Notes: a model not told the origin generated them from the letters alone. DNA of 64,000 bases from Marine group II euryarchaeote REDSEA-S42_B7 (GCA_001629255.1 LURZ01000001.1:6850-70849); one strand, 5' to 3'. Positions 21,431 through 32,286 are shown, counted from the stretch's first letter. Numbers and translations are program-made.

Positions 21431-24420
21431 ATGACCAGAGCCTACTCGATAGCCATAGTGCTCTCGATGCTAGCGGTTTGTGTACCCTCGTCACTAGTTT
21501 GGGCAGAGGAAGGGCAAATCAACAGTTGTGAAATCCTTGCAGATTGGGATCAGCAATGGGACTTCTCAGGGGATGGAGGTTCCGAGCTTTCTCTTGTCCA
21601 CAGGTATCGGGTAGTTTTCGACCCACCACTCTCTGACTCCATATCACATGAGGAAGTGAACACTAGTGTCGAGCATACCAGAGGCTCCTTACAATCGTCT
21701 GGACAGAACTCCTCGATATTCATGGCTGGAGGTGAGATAGAAATAATTCTGGAAGAACAGCCTCAGTTCGGGGATTATGTCGGGATATCTGTTCAATCTC
21801 CGGTTGCCTCGTGTAGCCGCTCGCTGAATATTACAAACTGGAACCAACCAATCTCAGATCATGAGGTCACAAGAGAAACAAATTGGTCACTTTCAGGAAT
21901 GGAGGGGGATAGTCAGGGAGTCACTTTCGAGGGTAGAGGCTGGCAAAAGAGAACTGGGGACGTCTTGGAGTCCAATGAACTAGGTAATGGTACTCTAAAC
22001 CTAGATATGGCGGATGGCTCTCAGGGAGCAGCAATAGATCTTGGTTTAGACAGAATCTGGCTAAATGAGACCTATCATGGAACCGAACTAATCAGCCAAG
22101 ACTTCGAGATGGCTGGTTCTGGACACATCGCGATTTCGATCGATGAAGGCGATGAGGGAGCGATAGTTAACGCGGAGATCAAGGATGCTTATGTTCTAAG
22201 GTCATTCAAAGATGCCAAGATCACTGAGAGGATGAGGTTCGAGGGAGATGGATGGATTTCCATCGATGGCGGAGATAACGAGAGCTCCGGAGGAGTCTTT
22301 GGAGAGGTATTCTTGCTTTACTTCGAGACTTGGGACGAGGATGGCTTTCGGAGACTCCAGGATATCCAGATTGAAGCCAATGCATCTGCCAGAATATCTG
22401 CAGCAGGCGAGTTCTTCTCCTTTGATTTGGAAGAGCTAATACTCAGGGATAAATGGGAAGAGGGCATCAGGACTGACCAGTACTCTAGGATTTTCGGAAG
22501 CGGGCAGTTCGACTTCACAGCCTCAGATGAGGCCCCATACATCGAGGTCAATGGCACCATCCCTATCATTCACATGCAGTCCGAAGGCGGAGAGACCGTT
22601 GCTGACACAATAATTGTCGATGGTACCTACGATGGTGATGCTGAGGGCTCCTTTGGTCTAGTGCGCAGGATTGTAGAATCTGATGTCTACGGTAATGCGA
22701 CTGGGACCCTTTTCGAGGCTGACAAAATCCAGAATGAATTTTGGTTCAACGTCTCTGCCACGCCTTTCGGCCCAATAGACCAGGAGTGGGGAGCTGAGCA
22801 CAACCTGACCTATGAGTATGTAGTCCCTCAAGAGGACTGGATGAATCGAACGATTCGTTATACATATGTCGAGGACAATGGATCTACAGAGGACGAGTTC
22901 CCCGAGAACTCCCCTATAATCCAGAATCCAGATTCTCCCGAAGCGAACGCCATCTTCTCTAACCATATCTCTAGAGAGACCGGGGTATGCCCTCAGATAT
23001 TGGCAATAGGAGATAGTTTCCAACTCATAGGCAATAGGGAAATGACTCTGGAAGTATCCGTAACCAACAGCAAAATCGCATACATAGATGGTCATGAGAT
23101 TTCAGTAGCTGAGTGGCATGGTATATTCGGAGGCATCAACTCGGCGAATGGGAGCATCATCAACGAGGGGCCACTTTCTGGATTGCTGAACGAAGTCAGT
23201 CGAGTAGTAACATTGGACATAGGTGACAACTCCGAGATTTCCCTTACAGAAGAGCAGAGAGTGGATAGGATTCTTTCCCCTTCGATAGTCACTTTCGATG
23301 AGAACACCCCTCCCATGCTCTCCAGCAACTCGGAGTCCTCGGTAAGATTCCGCGAGTCTGTCCTATCTTCGGAGGGGGGCATTGCTCACCTGGAGATTTC
23401 TATCGATGACACAGATACAGATACGAAATCAGTGATAGTGGACCTTTCTTCTATCGGTATGGGGCTTATCGAACTCTCAGACTCGGGGCTTTCCGGCGAT
23501 CTTGTTATTCACGATGATGTCTGGACGGCGAGAATCGTCCATAACGGCCTCCAAAGCGGCAATCTCCCAATCTCTGTAATAATGGAGGATTATTGGGTTA
23601 CAAATCAACAGGACGTCAGCATTCAGATTTCCAATGCACCACCTCGCCTCATTCATCTTGACTTCACTCCTGACAGCGCCTTCAGAGGTGATGAGGTACA
23701 AGTTCACCTAGGTGCCTATGATGGCCACGGAATCAAGTCTGTTTCAGTTAACCTACAGTCCATGGGCGGTTCAATGGTCGAATTATCGCCCGAGCCCGTC
23801 GAATCTGTCTGGGAATGGCAGCATAATGGAGATGCGAGATCGACGGAAATTACGACATGGTCGGGTTCCTTCCAAATTCCCCCAAGTATGTCTCCTGGGA
23901 GGTCCTCATCGGGAATCAACCCCCCTCCATCACTAATCTTACAATCCTGAGGGATGGGAATCCAGTCGATAAAGTCACGTCACTTAACTCAGGAGGCGAG
24001 TTGAATTATACCCTTGAGGCCACCATTCAGGACTTCGATGGAGTCTCCTCCGCCCAGGCAAAGATAGGAAGACTTGCCCCCATTGGTCAGTCAGAGGTAT
24101 GGCAGTTGATGTCGGACAACGGTATTGGTCCCGATAGGATGGCTAATGACGGGGTATTCTCATTGGCATTCTCGGCTAGGTCTTCTCTCAGCGAAGGGGA
24201 GATGACATTGCTCATCCGAGCGACTGACATCTTCCTTTCCACGACCGCGGATCAAGACCAACAACACAATGTCACCATTACTAAGTCAGACTCCGTAAAA
24301 TCGGGGACTTCTTGGATTTCTTCTAACTCTACTGGAATAATTCTGATCTCACTCGTGACATTGCTTGCTGTAGGGGTCGGGGCTTTCATCAATATCCTAA
24401 GGAATTCAGAACTGGAATAG
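21431..24420 (+). CDS. Large acidic secreted/surface protein with choice-of-anchor-X-like motifs and C-terminal TM; frameshifted near 23897
   Basis: Signal peptide at 21431. ORF 21398-23950 ends ...IPPSMSPG, then a second frame continues EVLIGNQPPSITNL...TM...RNSELE (ORF 23857-24420). Motifs DSGLSGDLVIHDDVWT and DNGIGPDRMANDGVFS. Confidence 0.7.
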
Positions 24421-24422
24421 AA

Positions 24423-24497
24423 TGGTGCGAGTGCCGGGATTTGAACCCGGGTTCCCACGTTGGCAACGTGGGGTGATAACCGCTACACTACACTCGC
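24423..24497 (-). tRNA. tRNA-Gly(GCC), CCA encoded, no intron
   Basis: Reverse complement GCGAGTG...CCACG-TT-GCC-AA-CGTGG...CCGGG-TTCAAAT-CCCGG-CACTCGC-ACCA forms a complete cloverleaf. Confidence 0.97.
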
Positions 24498-24526
24498 GCA
24501 GGCTTTTGCAGGACCGACCGGCTTTT

Positions 24527-24910
24527 CTAAGCGTCGGTACCCCTGTCAATAATTGCGTTCACTCTCGCTCTAATTTCATCTCTCGTAATTCTATAGGCTT
24601 CAATCTCTCTACCAAATGGGTCTTCCAGCCCCCAGTCCTCGTCAATTGGTAGGGCCGGACAACTAACGCCACACCCCATGCTGATTATTTTGTCAAAGTC
24701 TTCTGGATCGACAAAATCTACAGATTTAGGATGAAGGCCCCTGGTGTCGATGTCAATTTCTTCAAGCACTATCAAGGCATTTGGCGCCACCCCTCTGTCT
24801 TCTGGAGGATGAGTTCCAGCAGAAGATGCGCTATGCCCCAAATCTCTAGCAATAGCCTCAGCCATCTGACTTCTGCATGTATTTCCAACGCAAACGAACA
24901 GGAGTCGCAC
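24527..24910 (-). CDS. arsC: Arsenate reductase / low-molecular-weight phosphatase family
   Basis: FVCVGNTCRSQMAE P-loop, SAGT, MGCGVSCP, DWGLEDP. Confidence 0.8.
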   Translation of the reverse strand: MRLLFVCVGNTCRSQMAEAIARDLGHSASSAGTHPPEDRGVAPNALIVLEEIDIDTRGLHPKSVDFVDPEDFDKIISMGCGVSCPALPIDEDWGLEDPFGREIEAYRITRDEIRARVNAIIDRGTDA

Positions 24911-25007
24911 GTATCCAGGATGCGGTAGGGACTAATTAACGGATTCACAATACAGGGTATAGTCTAAATCTCTTCAGAATAGGTTTCAATAATATCCCTT
25001 CGAACGG

Positions 25008-26027
25008 ATGTCTATGGCTGACTCTCCCGTGTCTCATCATCCTGCCGGATCTTCTTCGGAACCAGGCAATTCAGAGGCATCAAACGAGCAGAGAGCCCAG
25101 ATGGAACAGGCATACCAGCAGATGCAGAGGAAGATGAGAATCGGTAAGATGGACGAGCAGATAAAACACAAAATCATGGTACTCTCGGGCAAAGGAGGGG
25201 TCGGAAAATCAACGGTTGCCACCGGACTAGCCCTTTCTCTAGCGCGCGAGGGGAAGAAGGTCGGGCTGATGGATATTGATATTACAGGCCCAAACGTGCC
25301 TAAGATGTTAGGTCTCGAAGATGCAGACCTGAATGTCGAAGACGGCCAGATTCATCCGGCCGAAGGGCCAGCCGGAGTCAAAGTGATTTCAATGGCCTTC
25401 CTACTTGAGGATCCAGACAAGCCGGTAATCTGGCGCGGGCCGATAAAGTTGGGAGCGATTCAGCAGTTCATCGGTGACGTGGCATGGGGGGAACTAGACG
25501 CTCTAATTATCGACTTCCCACCTGGAACTGGTGATGAACCATTGACAGTTAGCCAGAGCCTCCCGGGGATAGATGGTGTAGTTATCGTGACTACTCCTCA
25601 AGAAGTCGCCCTCTTAGATAGTAGGAAATCGATCAACTTCGCCAAAACAATCTCAGTTCCGGTCTTGGGAGTTGTAGAGAATATGAGCGGCTATACTATC
25701 AGAGGCAAGTCTGAACCTAACTCTAAGGTTTCAATAATGGGTCCGGGAGGGGTGCCTATTAACTGCCAATCGGACAAAGACGGAAGATGGGAAGTCACTC
25801 TGGATGTCTTCAAGTCGGGCGGGGGGGAAGAATCATCCAGAGAATTGGAGGTCCCCTTCCTAGGTTCCCTCCCTTTCGATCCCGGAATAGTCAGAGGAGG
25901 AGATGATGGAGTGCATCGAATCATTGCAGAGCCGGAGGGAGAAACAGCCAAGGCATTCAAATCGATAGTAGAAGGAATCGTTGAGCAGCTCGAGAAGGGG
26001 TCACAACGTTCTCTAAGGATTATCTAA
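25008..26027 (+). CDS. Mrp/NBP35 (ApbC) Fe-S cluster carrier ATPase
   Basis: SGKGGVGKST, DIDITGPN, VIWRGP, DFPPGTGD, VTTPQ, VENMS. Confidence 0.92.
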   Translation: MSMADSPVSHHPAGSSSEPGNSEASNEQRAQMEQAYQQMQRKMRIGKMDEQIKHKIMVLSGKGGVGKSTVATGLALSLAREGKKVGLMDIDITGPNVPKMLGLEDADLNVEDGQIHPAEGPAGVKVISMAFLLEDPDKPVIWRGPIKLGAIQQFIGDVAWGELDALIIDFPPGTGDEPLTVSQSLPGIDGVVIVTTPQEVALLDSRKSINFAKTISVPVLGVVENMSGYTIRGKSEPNSKVSIMGPGGVPINCQSDKDGRWEVTLDVFKSGGGEESSRELEVPFLGSLPFDPGIVRGGDDGVHRIIAEPEGETAKAFKSIVEGIVEQLEKGSQRSLRII

Positions 26028-26080
26028 CGTCCAATCCTTGCGTCGAATTGATGACATAGTCACAGTCCCAAGAGTCCGTA

Positions 26081-28174
26081 ATGGTTGCTGAAACAGGCAT
26101 CTACATCACCTGGGTGACAGGTGCTATTCTGATCAGCATAGCAATGATGCCTCTGTTCAAGCCCAAATACGCAAGGATCAGCCTGGATGGATTCATCGAT
26201 ATGTTCAGACGATATTGGGCGCACATGATAGTAGTCTTCTCAGTCTATCTTTGGAAGGACCTACTCGATGGTCTGGACAGGATTTTGATGGCAAACACTC
26301 AGCTGGATATGACTTTCTTAGTTTATGCGATAGAAGGTGATGCTTCCCTATGGGTTCAAGAGGGACTCAGGAGCGATTTCTTGGACGTAATCATGACTCA
26401 TTTTTACGTAATGGGATTCATGACGGCAATCTTCTCATCCTTCATTTATCCAATATACTTTGACGATAGGCACATGGCTGACAGAGTTTCTCTTTCCATG
26501 TTTTGGGTGTACATCCTTGCAATACCATTCTACCTGTTCCTGAATGTCAAAGTTACAGGAAATTACATCCAAGGCATGGAGACTGTAGCATATGACCTGA
26601 CGCCTGAAATTCATAATTGGTTCAATAGAATCGATCCATTCACAAATGGGATGCCCAGCCTCCACATCGGACTACCCTTTGCGATTTGGCTAACGATGCA
26701 CAGATGGGATGAGGATGGAAGGTGGAACAGGTTCCGATACTTCCTCATCATTTTCATTGCCCTGACCTCTGTGGCGATAATATATCTCGGAATCCACTGG
26801 TTCTTAGACATAATCGGAGGAATGGTGGTTGGCATTCTGGCTGTATACATCACTTCAAGAACACATGAGCCAATATGGAAAATGGCCGATGAGAGACTTT
26901 TCACCAGGAGACTAGCACGTGTACTGGATAACCCGAGAGGATCGGTAAGAAGCAGCCTAAACTCACTCACAAAGTCTCTTGACCCAATTAAAGAACCAGG
27001 CAAGAACCAGACAGGCGCGATTATTCTGGCACTAATCCTCTTAACAGGATCAGTTCTATTGTGGGACGTCACTCATCAGAAGATATCCATCGACGAAGCT
27101 GAATCTCCTACATCAGCCTCTGGTTCAGGAGAGTGGTTGATTTGGATTGAGGACTCTGGCCAGGAAATTTCGATTACGGCTACCAACGTCATATCAAAAA
27201 CAAATAGAACACTGGGAGGAATGACATGGGAAAGTCCGCCTCAAGTCGTCTCTTCAGGGAACAGTTTCGCAGTTTATGATGAATTCAGAGTCGACTACTT
27301 CCGTCATGACTCAGGGGCTGGAATACTCGAACCAATTTTCAGTGAGTCGTCAGCAGAGTATCTGATCGACATTTCTATTTCCTCATCTTCCAGCGGTACT
27401 GGATACATAGCAATGCTATCCAACGAGAGTCTAAGAATAATGGACACCAGTGATCAATCTATTAGAATTCTAGAGTCTGTATCGAACTCCTCGGTAATCG
27501 CCTCTTCGGGTCCACTAGTGGCATTTTCCGAGAACTCCCCCTCCGGCCCTACTGTGAACATAACTTCGGCAGACTCTGATCTGACTCTAACCATCCTATT
27601 GGATCCCCGCTCCTCAGAAAGAATAGAAGAGTCAATCAGGAACTCTGGTGCTTTGCTAGATTTCGGGAACTCCACCATAGTTGAACTGGTAATGGACTCG
27701 AATTGGCTAGTCGCGACTGTAAATGTCGGTCCCTTCAATAGGACAATCATAGTTGACACATCATCGATCAATCAGACTTTGATTTCTAACCCTAGGTGGG
27801 ACTCATCCTCTCCTAGTATAGGGGAGGGGAAGGTCGCATTCCTCCAAGTAACGAGAGATAGCATCATCTCCACATCTCAAGACTCACTTAGGAACAATGA
27901 CGTTTACGTCTACTACATCGAATCTGCGGAGACTAGACAGCACACCTTCGACGATGATGTTGATCAGTTTCAACCTCAGATATTGCTGGACCGACTAGCC
28001 TGGATAGAAGTAAATGACCAAGGAGAGAAGCAGTTACTGGTATACTCATTCATCGATACAATAGAGCCCCGCAACTCTCTTCTCCTACAAGCCTCGATAC
28101 TCGCTATGATTCCGCTCATTTTCCTATGGACGCTCCAGTCATATGGGGCCAAGATAGTCACTCAGCGAGTCTGA
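26081..28174 (+). CDS. PAP2/Aur1-like (inositol phosphorylceramide synthase family) membrane protein fused to an extracellular beta-rich domain
   Basis: NGMPSLHIG and YLGIHWFLDIIGG PAP2 motifs, followed by a TM helix, a ~340-aa Ser-rich beta-like region and a C-terminal TM. Confidence 0.72.
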   Translation: MVAETGIYITWVTGAILISIAMMPLFKPKYARISLDGFIDMFRRYWAHMIVVFSVYLWKDLLDGLDRILMANTQLDMTFLVYAIEGDASLWVQEGLRSDFLDVIMTHFYVMGFMTAIFSSFIYPIYFDDRHMADRVSLSMFWVYILAIPFYLFLNVKVTGNYIQGMETVAYDLTPEIHNWFNRIDPFTNGMPSLHIGLPFAIWLTMHRWDEDGRWNRFRYFLIIFIALTSVAIIYLGIHWFLDIIGGMVVGILAVYITSRTHEPIWKMADERLFTRRLARVLDNPRGSVRSSLNSLTKSLDPIKEPGKNQTGAIILALILLTGSVLLWDVTHQKISIDEAESPTSASGSGEWLIWIEDSGQEISITATNVISKTNRTLGGMTWESPPQVVSSGNSFAVYDEFRVDYFRHDSGAGILEPIFSESSAEYLIDISISSSSSGTGYIAMLSNESLRIMDTSDQSIRILESVSNSSVIASSGPLVAFSENSPSGPTVNITSADSDLTLTILLDPRSSERIEESIRNSGALLDFGNSTIVELVMDSNWLVATVNVGPFNRTIIVDTSSINQTLISNPRWDSSSPSIGEGKVAFLQVTRDSIISTSQDSLRNNDVYVYYIESAETRQHTFDDDVDQFQPQILLDRLAWIEVNDQGEKQLLVYSFIDTIEPRNSLLLQASILAMIPLIFLWTLQSYGAKIVTQRV

Positions 28175-29243
28175 ACATCTCATCCAGGCTCCTAGAGGCC
28201 CTTCTTATCGTATCCTCTGGGATATCCACAATCTGATCTTTAGTGGGATCCATCAGTGCCTGTAGTATGTCCTCCAACTGAGTCTTCTTCATGTGCCTGC
28301 ACATTACGCAGGCACCCATCAGATTCAGGTTGTCTTCCGTCTCAGCGAGAACCCTGTCTGCGGTGCCGCATTCAGTGATTAGCATCATGTCCTTCTTTCC
28401 TACGCTCGCGAGTCGAATAGCCTCGTTCATCAATAACTCGCTACTACCTACAAAGTCACTTTCGTCTAGCACTTCTGAGTCACACTCGGGATGACTCAGA
28501 ACCACAAGATCGATCCCGTTCTCGGCCATGCTACTCTTCCAGTTTCTTATCTTGGGGCCAGTAAACTCTGCATGGACCTCGCATTCTCCATCGTACAGAA
28601 TAACTTCCTTGCGACCTTGGAGCGACTGCTGAAGGTGTCTTCCCATGTACTTGTCCGGTACGAAAATCAACTTGTCTCCTGGTAATCTTTCGCAGATTCT
28701 AAGATAATTGCTACTGGTAACACAAACGTCGCACTCGGCCTTAACAGCAGCACTGGTATTAATGTAGCAAACTACTGGTACTCCAGGATTCTCTTCTTTC
28801 AATCTGACTACGTCTCCAGCCTCAATGCTGTCACTCAGTGAGCAGCCTGCATCTGGGGATGGATGCAACACAGTCTTCTCGGGACTGACTATCTTCGCAG
28901 TCTCTGCCATAAATCTGACGCTTGAGAAAAGTATGGTCTGCTGATGGGCATCTCTTGCTTCCTTTGAAAGGGCGTAACTATCGGCTACTGAGTCTGCAAC
29001 ACCATATGTGATGTCAGGGGTCTGGTAGGAGTGGGCAATTAGGAAAACATCCTTCTCTTTCTTTATTCGATTTATTTCTAGAGTCAGAGGAGCCAATGAC
29101 TTACAGATCTCGATACTCCATCTCATCGGCTGCTTGATTGCATATTGAAGCCTTATTGCCTCTTTCTCTATCTCTGAGTCGGAGTAACCAAAAGTTCCCA
29201 AGAAAACTCTCGGGACCGGGGCAGCTGGCATGTCCAGAACCAT
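28158..29243 (-). CDS. nadA: Quinolinate synthase
   Basis: AHSYQ, ADSYAL, VRFMAETAK, AGCSL, YINTSA, CEVH, HPEC, CRHMK. Confidence 0.93.
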   Translation of the reverse strand: MVLDMPAAPVPRVFLGTFGYSDSEIEKEAIRLQYAIKQPMRWSIEICKSLAPLTLEINRIKKEKDVFLIAHSYQTPDITYGVADSVADSYALSKEARDAHQQTILFSSVRFMAETAKIVSPEKTVLHPSPDAGCSLSDSIEAGDVVRLKEENPGVPVVCYINTSAAVKAECDVCVTSSNYLRICERLPGDKLIFVPDKYMGRHLQQSLQGRKEVILYDGECEVHAEFTGPKIRNWKSSMAENGIDLVVLSHPECDSEVLDESDFVGSSELLMNEAIRLASVGKKDMMLITECGTADRVLAETEDNLNLMGACVMCRHMKKTQLEDILQALMDPTKDQIVDIPEDTIRRASRSLDEMFRLAE

Positions 29244-29301
29244 ATCGACTGACCGATCGTCGGAGTGCAACCGCTTTCAACTCATCTGGTGTCGGGTTTG
29301 C

Positions 29302-29964
29302 ATGGAGTGTCCAGCGATTCACATTTGGAAGCCGGAAATTGTACTTCATGAAGGAGCCGAGGCAATCGTAACGGCTGGCTCTTGGCTTGGTAGGAGGGCC
29401 GTACTAAAGTACCGCAGACCTCGCAGATATCGACATCCAGACCTAGATAGAAGGCTGACACGTCAGAGGATGGCGGTAGAGGCCAGAGTACTATCCAGGC
29501 TATCTGCTGCTGGGTTCCCCTCGCCGAATCTAATGTTAATGGAACCGGACCAATCTACAATGTTGCTGTCCAGGATCGAAGGAAAGACCCTATACGACGT
29601 TCTGAAGTCAGAAGACTCTTCTGAAGATATTCTACATTCCCTGGGAGGTTTGATTCGGAGATTACATGAGACGGGAATTTCACACGGAGATCTAACCACT
29701 CACAATGTAATGGTCTCGGAAGATAATCTATATCTAATCGACTTCGGACTTTCTCGACAATCTCCCGAATTGGAGCATTTCGGACTCGATTTACAGGTCC
29801 TTAGGGAGTGCTTGGGCTCAAGCCACACAAACATGCCCGATGCAATCGAGAGAGTGTGCGAAGGTTACATGGATTACGAGTGCCAAAATAGCGATTCAGA
29901 GAGTGCCAACAATGTCATTGAGAGATTTCACAAGATCGTGGGAAGGGTCAGGTATCATGGATAG
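29302..29964 (+). CDS. bud32: KEOPS complex kinase Bud32
   Basis: GAEA, K.R....YRHPDLD, HGDLTTHN, IDFGL. Confidence 0.9.
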   Translation: MECPAIHIWKPEIVLHEGAEAIVTAGSWLGRRAVLKYRRPRRYRHPDLDRRLTRQRMAVEARVLSRLSAAGFPSPNLMLMEPDQSTMLLSRIEGKTLYDVLKSEDSSEDILHSLGGLIRRLHETGISHGDLTTHNVMVSEDNLYLIDFGLSRQSPELEHFGLDLQVLRECLGSSHTNMPDAIERVCEGYMDYECQNSDSESANNVIERFHKIVGRVRYHG

Positions 29965-29973
29965 GTTGGGATA

Positions 29974-30482
29974 ATGAGAATTCTCTTTGTCACAGGTAAC
30001 CAAAATAAGGTAACCGAAGCACACGGCATACTCTCTCCCCTAGGTTTCGTTATTGAGCAGTTATTAATTGGGGGTCAGGTCCCAGACCTAATCGAGCCAC
30101 AAGCAGAAGGAATTGAGGAGGTTGCTAAATCTAAGCTGGACCAAGCCGTTTCGCTAACAATGGGTACAGAATTTGAGAATGAGGCATTACTTGTCGAGGA
30201 CTCCGGCCTATTCATTGATTCTCTTTCGGGCTTTCCGGGACCTTATTCCTCGTTCGTCCAGGAGACAATCGGATTGTACTGACCTCCACAGGAATATGCA
30301 GAGGTTTTATTTCAGAAAATATATCTGGTGATTTTGGCTTTGGCTTTGACCCCATTTTCATCCCCGAAGAAGCCAATGGTAGGACATGCGCCCAACTGTC
30401 TTCTCATGAGAAATCAACCATCTCGCATCGTGGATTCGCTCTAAAGGGAGTTTCTGAACTCCTGAATCCCCCGTCAAAGTGA
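29974..30482 (+). pseudogene. rdgB: Non-canonical purine NTP pyrophosphatase (RdgB/HAM1), broken by an internal deletion/frameshift near 30276
   Basis: N-part has FVTGNQNK and EDSGLFIDSLSGFPGPYS. Another frame continues VLTSTGICRG...GFGFDPIF...EKSTISHRG to TGA at 30480-30482. Confidence 0.85.
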
Positions 30483-30510
30483 ATAGAAGCACTCCTACTT
30501 GGGCGGAGTA

Positions 30511-31404
30511 ATGGTCACCGCCACCAGACTCCTGCTGTTCGTAATGACCGCGGTCTCAATCCCAATTTACCTCGTTTTCATCGTCCCAGAGGGACTTCTA
30601 ATGCAGGCCGCAGGTGCGGTCCTGATACTCCTCCTAGTCTCAATGATTCTTTTCACAGGCAGGAGTCCGGCACCTTCCGTTGTCAAAGAGAGTCAAGTCG
30701 TCATCGAGGCCGACTCCACTTTCGGGGACATCGAACTCCCTGCACCGGTCCTTTCTGAAGAGAAAACTGGCGAAATCAGGGAATCAAAGATTCGAAGGAG
30801 CAGAGGCAGGCAGAAGGCGCCAGAAATTACAGAACTGCCAATGCCTCAATCCATGCCTGAACAGTCCCCCTCCATTTCCATGGACGCCCCTGATTCACCC
30901 GATTTCCAGGTGGAAGAGGCAGAGGGCACTGCCAGGGTCCACATCGCAAAAGCAGATCCCGAACTTCAGGCAGAAGCTGAGGTCGATCGATACCTAGAAC
31001 AGCAGAAGCAGAGGAGGGAGATTTTCAGAGAGAGGCTACACAAGGAAAGGCGGATGGAGATGTCCAAGAGAATGGCCGAAGAAGCTGGCAAGTGGACTGA
31101 AATAGAGGATGGTGAAGACCTCTCGACTCTGACTAGTATCCCGGGACACGGTTTGGCTGTGTTGTATGAGCCAGAAGAGCCCGATGCCTCGATTCCTCAG
31201 GGAATCTCATACTTCAGAATTGATGACGAGCGGATTCTAAAGATTCGTGTATCATTGGATGCCCCCAGAGGAATGCAAGCCGATACTAATGAAATCCAAG
31301 ACAATGAATTAGATGACGATTTCCATGACCCTCCTCCTCAGGGGATGCCGATGCCACCACTCCCTCTCCCGGATATACCGCCTCCGGTTGGGGCAGATGA
31401 CTAG
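30511..31404 (+). CDS. Hypothetical membrane protein (2 N-terminal TM, acidic coiled coil, Pro-rich tail)
   Basis: Long ORF filling the gap between genes; no family recognised. Confidence 0.7.
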   Translation: MVTATRLLLFVMTAVSIPIYLVFIVPEGLLMQAAGAVLILLLVSMILFTGRSPAPSVVKESQVVIEADSTFGDIELPAPVLSEEKTGEIRESKIRRSRGRQKAPEITELPMPQSMPEQSPSISMDAPDSPDFQVEEAEGTARVHIAKADPELQAEAEVDRYLEQQKQRREIFRERLHKERRMEMSKRMAEEAGKWTEIEDGEDLSTLTSIPGHGLAVLYEPEEPDASIPQGISYFRIDDERILKIRVSLDAPRGMQADTNEIQDNELDDDFHDPPPQGMPMPPLPLPDIPPPVGADD

Positions 31405-31445
31405 TCAAGTGATACGTTGAAGCGATACGACCCGTTCGGCGTTGC

Positions 31446-32282
31446 ATGACTCAAGATGTATTGACCGTAGAGGACGTTGAGGTAGATGATTCCAACCCCA
31501 AAGGAGGAATCATTTCAGTCTGGACACTAAACAGACCAGACAAACTAAATGCCCTAAATACAGAATCACACAAGGCGATCAAAAAGGAGTGTGCTAGGGC
31601 AAACTCAGATGATAATGTCCGATGCGTAGTGATCAAAGGGGCTTCTCCTACGGAACCAAGGGAGGGAAAGAGGCCCAAGCCACACGCATTCGCAGCCGGC
31701 GCCGATATCTCCGAGTTCGCTGGAAAGGACTCTGATGACGTGCGTCCATTCTTCGAGGATAATGCATGGGAGGCAGTTTGGAACGTCTCTAAGCCAACAA
31801 TAGCTATGGTCGATGGATTCGCACTCGGAGGGGGAACGGAACTGGCGTTATCGTGCGATATCAGACTCGCTTCAGAGAGATCAACATTCGGCCAGCCCGA
31901 GATCAACCTTGGCCTCATTCCTGGAGGAGGGGGGACTCAGAGGCTATGCAGACTGGTAGGGTACGGGAGAGCCATGGAGATCGTTCTCTCAGGCGGCATG
32001 GTGGATGCAGAGGACGCGCTTAGTATGGGAATAGTCAACAGGATCTTGGCTAGCGAAAATCTAGAAGAAGAGACCATGAAGCTAGCTTTGGAGATTTCCA
32101 AGAAGTCCCCACATGTCACGAAGGTAGCAAAACGAGTAGTAAGGGGTGCATTGGAACTACCATTCTCCGAAGGGGTCTTGATGGAGCGCTCTGAGTTTGT
32201 CGCCCTTTTCGACACTGAGGATAAGGAGATTGGTGTCACGGCATTCCTGGATAGATCAGATGCAGAGTGGGTAGGAAAATAA
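31446..32282 (+). CDS. Enoyl-CoA hydratase/isomerase (crotonase)
   Basis: LNRPDKLNAL, FAAGADI, GFALGGGTELA, FGQPEINLGLIPGGGGTQRL. Confidence 0.93.
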   Translation: MTQDVLTVEDVEVDDSNPKGGIISVWTLNRPDKLNALNTESHKAIKKECARANSDDNVRCVVIKGASPTEPREGKRPKPHAFAAGADISEFAGKDSDDVRPFFEDNAWEAVWNVSKPTIAMVDGFALGGGTELALSCDIRLASERSTFGQPEINLGLIPGGGGTQRLCRLVGYGRAMEIVLSGGMVDAEDALSMGIVNRILASENLEEETMKLALEISKKSPHVTKVAKRVVRGALELPFSEGVLMERSEFVALFDTEDKEIGVTAFLDRSDAEWVGK

Positions 32283-32286
32283 CAAC

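Noticed and set aside
24400-24530. tRNA-Gly as an integration site for an island
   Set aside because: No integrase in the window, and I saw no duplicate of the tRNA 3' end; the flanks look like ordinary chromosomal genes.
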